From the NCBI GenBank assembly GCA_032128115.1, contig JAQBHB010000078.1, forward strand, positions 45,935 through 109,934: a DNA stretch of 64,000 nt, read 5' to 3'. The position numbers and the translations under genes were made by a program. The notes under the pieces are model-generated. The model was not told where the DNA came from, made no database searches, and was given only the letters and a program-made list of their open reading frames with translations. The DNA is from Deltaproteobacteria bacterium (GTDB lineage Bacteria; Myxococcota_A; UBA9160; SMWR01). Of the stretch, positions 55,888-64,000 are shown piece by piece (position 1 is the stretch's first letter; each line of letters starts with the position of its first letter).

Positions 55888-56912
55888 GCGAGATCCGTCG
55901 CGAACCGCTTTCCACCGCCACCACCTGGCGCGGACCCGACCTGGAGGAGAGCGACTGGGTCTACCGCCTGGCTCCCGACCAGGTCGCCGATCTGGAGCGG
56001 GCCCACGCGTTTGCCCGGTCGACCGGAAAGCCGCTGACCGAGCTCACCCGCAAAGACTTCCCGCTTCCGGTGCTCGCGCCTGCGATCTCGGACTGGATGG
56101 AATCCCTGCAGAACGGCCGCGGCTTCGTCAACGTGAAGGGCATTCCGGTGCAGGGCCGCAGCGACCAGGACGCGGCGCTCTTCCAGTGGGGCCTCGGTCT
56201 GCACATGGGAACGGCGGTTTCCCAGAATTCAGCAGGCGATGTGCTGGGACACGTGCGCGACACCGGCTCCGATCCCAGCGACCCGTCGGTGCGCCTCTAC
56301 AAGACCCGGGTCGAACTCGGCTTCCACAGCGACGGCTCGGATCTGGTGGCGCTGCTGTGCATCCGGCAGGGCCGCTCGGGCGGCGAGAACCGCCTGGTGA
56401 GCACCCACGCCATCTACAACGAGATCCTGCGCCGCCGGCCGGATCTGCTGGCGCTGCTCTACCAGCCCTTCCACTTCGATCGAAACGACGAACAGGCCGA
56501 CGGCGAGCCGCCCAGCTTCGCCCTGCCCCTCTGCCGCGATCACGACGGTCACCTGGGTTTCTTCTACATCCCCTGGTACATCCGCGGCGCCCAGCGCCAC
56601 CCCTCGGTGCCGCGACTCACGAAACCACAGCATGAACTGCTCGACCTGATCGACGAGATCGCCGGCGATCCCGCCTTCTACGTGGAGATGCGCCTCGAGC
56701 CCGGCGAGATCAACTACCTGAAGAACAACGCGGTGCTCCACGCGCGCCGCGAGTTCCTGGATTTCGACGAGCCCGAGCGCAAGCGCTACATGGTGCGCCT
56801 CTGGCTCACGGCCCACGGCGGCTGGGCCGACGCCCCAGCCCTCGTGCAACAGGGTATCCCAAAGAAGGCGGGCGTCCTCAGCGACGCCGACGCCATGAGT
56901 GGAGCGACATGA
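55884..56912 (+). CDS. TauD/TfdA-family Fe(II)/2-oxoglutarate dioxygenase
   Basis: GRGFV, SQN..GD.LGHV.D, FHSD (HxD), VLHAR, RLWL; GTGA overlap with arsR. Confidence 0.88.
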   Translation: MSEIRREPLSTATTWRGPDLEESDWVYRLAPDQVADLERAHAFARSTGKPLTELTRKDFPLPVLAPAISDWMESLQNGRGFVNVKGIPVQGRSDQDAALFQWGLGLHMGTAVSQNSAGDVLGHVRDTGSDPSDPSVRLYKTRVELGFHSDGSDLVALLCIRQGRSGGENRLVSTHAIYNEILRRRPDLLALLYQPFHFDRNDEQADGEPPSFALPLCRDHDGHLGFFYIPWYIRGAQRHPSVPRLTKPQHELLDLIDEIAGDPAFYVEMRLEPGEINYLKNNAVLHARREFLDFDEPERKRYMVRLWLTAHGGWADAPALVQQGIPKKAGVLSDADAMSGAT

Positions 56913-57728
56913 GCGACAAGCGACCCGACGATTCCGAACGGATCCACGAGCTGGTTCGCGAGGGCTACACCCGCGTGGTGCAGGCACGCAGTGCTTCGGA
57001 CCAGGCGTCCGTCGACGCCACGGCCCGCCGCATCGGCTACGACGACGAGCAGCTCGCGGCGGTGCCCGAAGGCGCAAACCTGGGCGTGGGCTGCGGCAAC
57101 CCCACGGCCATCGACACCCTGGCGCCGGGCGAAACCGTGGTGGATCTCGGCTCCGGCGCCGGCATGGATGCCTTCCTGGCCGCCCGCCAGGTGGGGCCCA
57201 CGGGTCGCGTGATCGGGGGTCGACATGACCGACGCCATGCTGGAGAAGGCCCGGGAGAATGCGCGCAAGGTCGGGCTCGAGGGCATCGTCGAGTTCCGCA
57301 AGGGCAACATCGAGTCGCTTCCCATCGAAGACGAAAGCGTCGACGCCATCATCTCGAACTGCGTCATCAACCTGTCGCCGGAGAAGCAGCGCGTATACGC
57401 CGAGGCCTACCGGGTGCTGCGCCCCGGCGGGCGCATCATGGTGAGCGATGTGGTGCTGGAGCGCGAGCTGCCCGACGAGATCCTCCACAGCATCGACGCC
57501 TACCTGGGCTGCGTGGGGGGCGCAAGCCTGCGCCCCGCCTACCTGGAGACCATCGAGAAGGCGGGCTTCCGAGAGGTAAAGATCCTGAAGGAGTCGAGTT
57601 TTCTGGGCGCCATCTCGTTCGACGATCCGCTGGTGGCGGAGGCCATGGAACGCCTGGGCGTCACGCTGGAGCAGGCCCGGGGCTACGCGAACGCGGTGAC
57701 GAGCCTCCACATCTACGCAGTGAAGTAA
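56909..57728 (+). CDS. arsM: Arsenite S-adenosylmethionine methyltransferase with +1 frameshift in G-run 57215-57219
   Basis: [46 protein letters not shown]; one extra G splits the frame. Confidence 0.85.
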
Positions 57729-57760
57729 CCCGGCCGGCCCCGCTGAAGACCCGGGGGCGG

Positions 57761-59239
57761 TCAGGCGTTCTCGAGCTGCTCCGCCGCGAGCTCCAGGTCG
57801 CGGACGGCCTTTGCGAAGCCTTCGGTGATCTCCCAGGGGTCGGGCACGATTTCTCGGCAGGTCAGCACGCCTATGTCGATTCGGCCCATGTTGCTGAGCA
57901 GCGTGATGTTGAGGCCGATTCCCTCGCCCGTCGGGCCCATGGGATAGACGGCCTCGACCCGCGCCCCCCCGAAGTAGAGCGGCACCGGCGGCCCCACCAT
58001 GTTGGAGATCACCACGTTCCACATGGACGGCACGTGGTCGGCCACGTCGAACGTGGAGTAGAGCCGCGCACCGAAGCTCGTGAGCACTGGTGAAACGAAG
58101 TGCAGCCACTGGGGCAGCACGTCCTCCTCCGCGGCCTGGTGCACGTGTTTCGCGTCGGCGGTTTCCCGGTGAACCGCCTGCACGATCGCCTCGGGATCCT
58201 CCAGATGCGTCGGGAGCCGGACGGAGAGGGCCGAGACCTTGTTGGTGAAGTCCTGCTTCTCGCTGTCGCTCTTGAGCGAGATCGGCACCGCGCACACGAG
58301 GGGCTGCTCGGGGAGTGCGCCGCGCGCCTCGAGATAGCGGCGCAGGGCCAGGGTGCAGGCCGCGAGCACCGCATCGTTCACCGTCACGCCGAAGGCCTTC
58401 TTCACCCGCTTGATGTCCTCCAGGCGAACGCTCCCGTACGCCACCCGCCGGTGGATGCTGAGTGCGCGGTTCAACGGGGTGGAGGGCGCCATTTCGAGCA
58501 AGCCCCCATGCTTCACGCCCGGGCGCGCGATTTCGCGCCGGGCCCGGCGGCGGCGTTGCATGCCCCGAGCCGTGTCGAATAGCAGTCGGCCAAAGCGCGC
58601 TGGGCTCACGAGGCGGCTCCCGACCGAGCCCACCGCAAGCGCGAGAGCCGAAGGCAGGGGCGGCGGGTTCCAGGGCGCAGGGGGCCCTACCACCGTGTCG
58701 GGCTCGAGGTCCATCAGGCTCGCCATCTGGCTCGAGCCCGACGCCCCATCGATCAGGCAGTGATGCAGCTTCGTCACCAATGCGATGCGCCCGCCGGCAA
58801 GCCCCTCGATGGCCCACATCTCCCACAGGGGCTGCGAGCGGTCGAGGGGTGGGCCCGCCAGGTCGCCCACGACCTCGGCCAGCTCGTGCAATCCCCCCGG
58901 CGACGGCACCGCCAGGCGGTGCAGGTGGTTCTCGACCCGGAAATCCGGGTCGTCGACCATCACCGGGTGGCCGATGCCGAGGGCCACCTCCAGCAGCCGC
59001 TGGCGGAAGGGCGGGATCAGGTGGACGCGCGATTTCACCGTCTCGACGATCTGCTGGTACCCGAAGCCGCTGGCCACTTCCGAGGGATCGAGGATGACGG
59101 TACCCATGGTGTGCATGGGCATCGAAGGTGTTTCGCCGTAGATGAAGACGGCGTCCTGACCGGTCAGGCGCCGGACATGCCGCCCCGACTCATCGCGGAC
59201 ATGCCGCCCCGACTCATCGGGTTGGGTCGGTTCACTCAT
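57761..59239 (-). CDS. Wax ester synthase/DGAT
   Basis: [36 protein letters not shown]. Confidence 0.92.
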   Translation of the reverse strand: MSEPTQPDESGRHVRDESGRHVRRLTGQDAVFIYGETPSMPMHTMGTVILDPSEVASGFGYQQIVETVKSRVHLIPPFRQRLLEVALGIGHPVMVDDPDFRVENHLHRLAVPSPGGLHELAEVVGDLAGPPLDRSQPLWEMWAIEGLAGGRIALVTKLHHCLIDGASGSSQMASLMDLEPDTVVGPPAPWNPPPLPSALALAVGSVGSRLVSPARFGRLLFDTARGMQRRRRARREIARPGVKHGGLLEMAPSTPLNRALSIHRRVAYGSVRLEDIKRVKKAFGVTVNDAVLAACTLALRRYLEARGALPEQPLVCAVPISLKSDSEKQDFTNKVSALSVRLPTHLEDPEAIVQAVHRETADAKHVHQAAEEDVLPQWLHFVSPVLTSFGARLYSTFDVADHVPSMWNVVISNMVGPPVPLYFGGARVEAVYPMGPTGEGIGLNITLLSNMGRIDIGVLTCREIVPDPWEITEGFAKAVRDLELAAEQLENA

Positions 59240-60201
59240 GCGGATCCCTCTTGAACGGTCTGGGCGGTCGCCGCGGGCACAGGGCTCGCAACGGGGGGTT
59301 CTTCGGGGTCGGGCACCCCGACCAGGCACGGGGCCAGGGTCACGAGACCGGGTTCATGGGCGTGCTTGCTGTCGGCATGCCCACTCTCGATCTCGACGGT
59401 GCGCAGCACCGCCAGCGCGATGCCGTGGCGCATGCAGCGGAAGTGGGCGCCGCTCACGAAATGTCCGGCGCAGCCCACCTCGATCTGGGGTGCACCCGGT
59501 AGCACGGCGGCCACGTCTTCGTGATGACGGCGCGGAATCAAGGCGTCGCGGCCGGCCCACAGGAACGTGATGGGGAGATCCAACTGCCGCATGCGCGTCC
59601 AGAGTCCGTCGGGGCCGAAGGGCGGGTCGAGTGCCATCTCGCGCACGGCCGAAAGGAAGGCCACGCGAGTGGCCGGACACGAGCTGTAGTAGGCGAAGCG
59701 CACGGCGGCACGGGCGAGCCAGTCGTGCTCGAGATCGGGCCGACTCTCGATGGCCTCGGCAACGCGCTTGATCACCGGCCAGATTGCTTCGACGCGAAGC
59801 CGCTCGGCCCAACGCGGGTCTACGCGGCGCATGCACTCCATTCCAACGCGCCAGCGACGCCACGGCAGGTAGGGCGCCACCAGCACCATTCCGCGCAGGA
59901 GTTCGGGTTCGATCAGCGCAGCCTCGAGCGCAACGCGGCCGCCCATGGACATGCCGATCAGCAGCGGGGGTCGCTCGAGCGAGCGCGCCAGCTCGAGCAC
60001 GGGCTCGGCCATTCGCGTCGGGGTGAGCGGCTCGTCGCCGGGGTTTGGCGTCTTCCCGAAACCGGGCAGGTCGACGGCGAGGGTGCGGAAGCCGTGTTCG
60101 GCGAGCGCCTCCGCCACACCGGCAAAGGCCGCCGACTCCAGGGCCAGCGGGTGCAGCGCGATCACGGGATCGCCCCGACCCCACTGCTCGTAGTGCAGCA
60201 A
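59236..60201 (-). CDS. Alpha/beta hydrolase
   Basis: AGGAGG + TTG 60201; DLPGFG, GMSMGG, D..I, GHF. Confidence 0.85.
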   Translation of the reverse strand: MLHYEQWGRGDPVIALHPLALESAAFAGVAEALAEHGFRTLAVDLPGFGKTPNPGDEPLTPTRMAEPVLELARSLERPPLLIGMSMGGRVALEAALIEPELLRGMVLVAPYLPWRRWRVGMECMRRVDPRWAERLRVEAIWPVIKRVAEAIESRPDLEHDWLARAAVRFAYYSSCPATRVAFLSAVREMALDPPFGPDGLWTRMRQLDLPITFLWAGRDALIPRRHHEDVAAVLPGAPQIEVGCAGHFVSGAHFRCMRHGIALAVLRTVEIESGHADSKHAHEPGLVTLAPCLVGVPDPEEPPVASPVPAATAQTVQEGSA

Positions 60202-60233
60202 CCGCAACCTCCTGTTCCAGCTTGGGGAATTAC

Positions 60234-60249
60234 TGCACGGCGCGTGCCG
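60234..60249 (-). promoter_or_regulatory. sigma54-like promoter
   Basis: CGGCACG-CGCC-GTGCA, placing a TSS just upstream of the AGGAGG RBS. Confidence 0.6.
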
Positions 60250-60427
60250 TGGCGGGGTCAGCGCATGGCCCGAGGCGCCCCGGGTGGGGCAATTCGGGGC
60301 GGCGGCTGGGGTGCTCCACCCCAGTACGTGCATCCGCATGACGCACGACTACTCTCGGAGTGCATCAGATGAGAGACTCGGGCGCAGAACGCAAGGGCCT
60401 CGCTCTTGCAGGAGATCGAACGCTGCG

Positions 60428-61837
60428 ATGATCGAGATGCGCGGTGCGGATGCCTACTTCCTGCGGGAGGAATCGCGCGCCCGGCACATGCACACGCTCA
60501 AGATCATCGTGGTGGATCCCTCCACCGCCCACGAGAAGATCAACTTCGAGGGCATGCGCAGGGGCGCCCTGCGCATGCTGCCGTATCTGCCGGCCTTCCG
60601 CCGTCGGGCGGTTTCGGGCCCGCTGGGATTGGGCCGCCCGCTCTGGATCGACGCGCCCTCGCTCGACCCCGACTACCACCTGCGCCACGAGGTGCTGCCC
60701 CTCGGTGCGGGAGAGGAAGCGCTCGACGCCCTGGCGAGCCGGATCGCGAGCGAGCCGCTCGACCGCGAGCGTCCGCTCTGGCAGATCCACCTGGTCGAGG
60801 GGCTCCCTGGCGGGCGCGTCGCGTACCTCACGAAACTGCACCACGCGGTGGCCGACGGCAGCGCCAGCGCCGAGATCGTGCTGCGCTCCTTCCAGGAGAA
60901 TCGGGACCCCGTGGCGTTCCCCCGGCCCTACGAAGGCGAAATCGAACTGCTGCCCCGGGCGGGGCAGCGCCTGGTGTCGGCCCTGCGCCGCGGATTCACA
61001 CGGCAGCGCGAGGTTCCCGCTCTGTTGCGGCGTTCGCTCGGCTCGCTTGGCGTTGGGCTGCAGTGGCACCGGTCGGGCCGCTCGCTGCCGGCGCGTCCCT
61101 TTGCGGCACCCTCCACCCGCTTCAACCGCCCGCTCACCCCGAATCGCGTATACGCCCGCGCGACGCTTTCACTACCGGCACTGCGCGAGGTGAAGAGCGC
61201 CCTGGGATGCACGCTCAACGACGTGTATCTCGCCGCGGTGGGAGGTGCCCTGCGTGGCTACCTGGAGCGCCACGCAGAACTCAGTGAGCACGCGCTCACG
61301 GCCGCGGTGCCCGTGTCGGTGCGGGGCGAGCACGACGACCCCACCTTCGGCAATGCCATGGCCTACTGGTTCGCGAGCACCGGCAGCCACCTCTCCGATC
61401 CGGTGGAGCGGGTGCGCGCCGTGGCCGCGAGCACCCGGACCGCGCGCGATCTCTTCGGGGCCCGCGATCCGCGCCTGGCACTCGAGTGGTTCGACCACTG
61501 GCTGCTGCGAAGCCTCTACCTGAACGGTCTCGCCGCACTTGGCCGCGCCGTGCTCGGCCGCCCGAGCTACAACGTGATCGTTTCGAACGTGCGCGGCCCT
61601 TCGCGCCCCCTCTTCAGCGACGGTGCGCGCGTCGAAGCGCTCTACTCCATGGGCCCACTGGCGGCGCAGCAGGGCCTCAACTTCACGGCCTGGAGCTATC
61701 TCGACGAGTTCACGGTGGGCGTGCACGCGTGCCGTGAGCACGTGCCCGACGTGAGCAGCCTGGCCCTGGCGCTGCCCGCCGAGCTCGAACTCCTCAGGCG
61801 CGAGGTGCGGAGCCGGCCGCGGCTCGCGGCGGGCTGA
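60428..61837 (+). CDS. Wax ester synthase/DGAT
   Basis: GADAYFL, PLDRERPLW, HHAVADG, TLND, SNVRGP. Confidence 0.92.
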   Translation: MIEMRGADAYFLREESRARHMHTLKIIVVDPSTAHEKINFEGMRRGALRMLPYLPAFRRRAVSGPLGLGRPLWIDAPSLDPDYHLRHEVLPLGAGEEALDALASRIASEPLDRERPLWQIHLVEGLPGGRVAYLTKLHHAVADGSASAEIVLRSFQENRDPVAFPRPYEGEIELLPRAGQRLVSALRRGFTRQREVPALLRRSLGSLGVGLQWHRSGRSLPARPFAAPSTRFNRPLTPNRVYARATLSLPALREVKSALGCTLNDVYLAAVGGALRGYLERHAELSEHALTAAVPVSVRGEHDDPTFGNAMAYWFASTGSHLSDPVERVRAVAASTRTARDLFGARDPRLALEWFDHWLLRSLYLNGLAALGRAVLGRPSYNVIVSNVRGPSRPLFSDGARVEALYSMGPLAAQQGLNFTAWSYLDEFTVGVHACREHVPDVSSLALALPAELELLRREVRSRPRLAAG

Positions 61838-62618
61838 GCCCTTCCAGGAAGTCGCGGATCGAGGGCGACCAGGCGCGGATCTCGTCGAGACTCTCGGCGA
61901 TGCGCAGGTCGGCCTTCGGCAAGAGCTGCGCCAGATACCTGGCCGTGGAGATCGGGTGCGCGGGATCGCCGCGCCAGGCCAGCACGAGCGCCGGCGCATG
62001 GATGCTGCGAAGCGCCTCGACCGACGGCAGATCCGACTGGGCGGCACCGCGCAGGGCCGCCACCACCGCGCGCGGATCGGCCCTTCGCAGTGACTCGACC
62101 ACTGAATTCTGGAGCGTGGCCAGGTAGTCCGGTCCGGGCGCGAGCCGCCCCAGCGACGCGGCGAAGCGGAAGGGGCCAAGACCCACGCGCGCGATCACGG
62201 CCGCCAGCATCCGGTAGACCCGGGCCTGCCGGGGCCGTGTGCGCCAGGCCGTAGGTGGCGCCATCAGCACCAGCGCCTCCATGCGATCCGGCGCCGCCAC
62301 GGCCGCGTGAAGTGCCGTGGCGCAGCCCATGGAGAGGCCCCCGAAGACGGCGCGCGCAGCACCACACGCGTCGGCCAGCGCCAGTAGATCCTGGGCCAAC
62401 TCGGGCCAGCGATAGTCGGCCGCGTCGACGGTGGCCTCGGAGCTTCCGTGACCGCGCGCGTCGTAGCGCACGAGACGCGTGACTCCGGCGAGTGCTTCCC
62501 AGTCGAGAAGAGCGGCGATGTCTTCTTGCGCCACACCTCCCAGCAGGCCGTGGCCCCAGAAGAAGGGTCGCCCGTTGCCTGTGTCGTTCAACGCCAGATC
62601 GATTCCGCGTACCTGCAT
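61794..62618 (-). CDS. Alpha/beta hydrolase
   Basis: WGHG, YDARGHG.S, GLSMG, GDPAHP. Confidence 0.85.
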   Translation of the reverse strand: MQVRGIDLALNDTGNGRPFFWGHGLLGGVAQEDIAALLDWEALAGVTRLVRYDARGHGSSEATVDAADYRWPELAQDLLALADACGAARAVFGGLSMGCATALHAAVAAPDRMEALVLMAPPTAWRTRPRQARVYRMLAAVIARVGLGPFRFAASLGRLAPGPDYLATLQNSVVESLRRADPRAVVAALRGAAQSDLPSVEALRSIHAPALVLAWRGDPAHPISTARYLAQLLPKADLRIAESLDEIRAWSPSIRDFLEGLSPPRAAAGSAPRA

Positions 62619-62850
62619 CGTCGGTCGCCATTCCCCCCCGGGGACTCCACCGGATCCTATGTGTGTGGCATCTCACCATATCCCCCTCGGGGACACAGTG
62701 CAGTTCCAGCGCAGTTCTCGAAGGAAGATACGGGAATTACGAGACAAAATTATGGGTGATAAAAGACCCGTTTCGGCTCCTGTCGGCGACCCTCGATGTC
62801 GATAGGAGAAGGTCGATCTCTCTGTCGTTCTGGGGACTTGCGCGAACGCA

Positions 62851-64000
62851 ATGAAGAAGAAGAGACCCGGAAATGCCCGCCGCTCGCTCTTCGAGACCCT
62901 CGAAGCGCGAACGCTCTTTTCAGCGGACTTCGGACCGGTGCTTCTGGACCAGCTGGATGGCGATGCCGTCGACGACGACTCCGCCGTCCGGATGGACCTC
63001 CTCGAGGCCGAATCCGGGGCCACCGACAACTTCGCCGCGTATCGCCACGAGCTGGTGTTCGTGGACACTGGCACCGAAGGCTACGAGGAGCTGGTTGCGG
63101 ACCTGCGCTCCCAGATCTCGGCGAGCCGCTCCCTGGACGTCGTGTTGCTGGACACCGAGCGCGACGGAATCGAGCAGATCACCAGCACGCTCCTCGGCTA
63201 CGACGACCTGGATGCGGTGCACATCGTCTCCCACGGCGGCCAGGGTTCGGTAGCCCTCGGCAGCACCCGGCTCGACGGCGGCAACCTCGCTTCCTACGGC
63301 GACACGATTTCGAGCTGGGCGGACGCCCTCTCGGCGGACGCGGATCTCCTCTTCTACGGCTGCGACCTGGCCAGCGGCGAGAGCGGTGCGGCCTTCGTGG
63401 GGTCCCTCTCGAACCTGACCGGCGCCGACGTTGCGGCCAGCACCGACCTGACCGGGAGCTCCCTGCGCGGAGGCGACTGGGACCTCGAGTACAACGCGGG
63501 CAGCATCGAAACCGTCGTCGCCTTCAGCGCGGATCTCCAGGACGACTGGCTGGGATTGCTTGGCGCGCCCCAGGTCTCGAACATCACCACGAACGAGGAC
63601 ACCCAGTCGGGTCTGATCGTGGTCGATCGGAACGTGGCGGACGGCCCCGAGGTCACCCACTTCCGCATCAGCAACTTCAGCAACGGCACGCTCACCCAGG
63701 CCGACGGCACCACCGCCATCAACAGCGGCGACTTCATCACCGTTGCGCAGGGCCAGGCGGGGCTGCGTTTCACGCCCACCGCCGACTCGAACCTGGCGGG
63801 CAGTTTCGACGCCGAATCCTCGCTCGACGGCACCACGGCCCAGCCGGGCACATCGACCTCGACCATCACCGTCACTGCGGTGGGCGACACCCCGGTCGTC
63901 GCGAACATCACCACCTTCGAGGACACCCCAGTCAGGTCTGATCGTGCTGGACCGGGCCGCCGTGGACGGTCCCGAGGTCACCCACTTCCGCATCAGCGGC
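62851..64000 (+). CDS. Second LEPR-XLL/DUF4347 adhesin, truncated by window edge; probable +1 frameshift at C-run 63926-63929
   Basis: Not in ORF track. MKKKRPGNARRSLFETLEARTLFSAD; ELVFVD, HIVSHG, YGCDLA, AASTDLTG...GGDWDLE; cadherin-like repeats (NITT.EDT..G). Confidence 0.85.
   Translation, partial: MKKKRPGNARRSLFETLEARTLFSADFGPVLLDQLDGDAVDDDSAVRMDLLEAESGATDNFAAYRHELVFVDTGTEGYEELVADLRSQISASRSLDVVLLDTERDGIEQITSTLLGYDDLDAVHIVSHGGQGSVALGSTRLDGGNLASYGDTISSWADALSADADLLFYGCDLASGESGAAFVGSLSNLTGADVAASTDLTGSSLRGGDWDLEYNAGSIETVVAFSADLQDDWLGLLGAPQVSNITTNEDTQSGLIVVDRNVADGPEVTHFRISNFSNGTLTQADGTTAINSGDFITVAQGQAGLRFTPTADSNLAGSFDAESSLDGTTAQPGTSTSTITVTAVGDTPVVANITTFEDTPVRSDRAGPGRRGRSRGHPLPHQR

Overview
High-GC bacterial chromosomal window with about 50 tightly packed protein-coding genes. 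I found no rRNA, tRNA, CRISPR array or transposase. Gene content (myxobacterial-type CGDG..GEQCDD repeat, PEP/IPTL-CTERM-like tails, F420-type enzymes, wax-ester synthases, sigma54-like promoters) suggests a Myxococcota-like or other deltaproteobacterial organism; this is inference. Main points: (1) two ORFs split in the ORF track are probably selenoproteins, an AhpD-like CxxU protein (4479-5672) and a peroxiredoxin with TPGU (18985-19542), each with an in-frame TGA and a SECIS-like hairpin; (2) an arsR-[TauD-type dioxygenase]-arsM operon under a palindromic operator, an unusual arsenic module; (3) a 2952-aa DUF4347/cadherin adhesin with a distinctive C-terminal membrane tail, followed by a hybrid histidine kinase and a REC-GGDEF-EAL protein, with a second DUF4347 adhesin starting at the right edge; (4) an RnfD/NqrB-like protein in frame with DUF2330, directly upstream of the AhpD selenoprotein; (5) many short tandem duplications, including a 23-bp triplication that forms a chain of translationally coupled mini-ORFs; (6) sigma28-like and sigma54-like promoter motifs. 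Two homopolymer +1 frameshifts (arsM, second adhesin) are probably sequencing errors. All family calls come from motif recognition by eye, not database searches.
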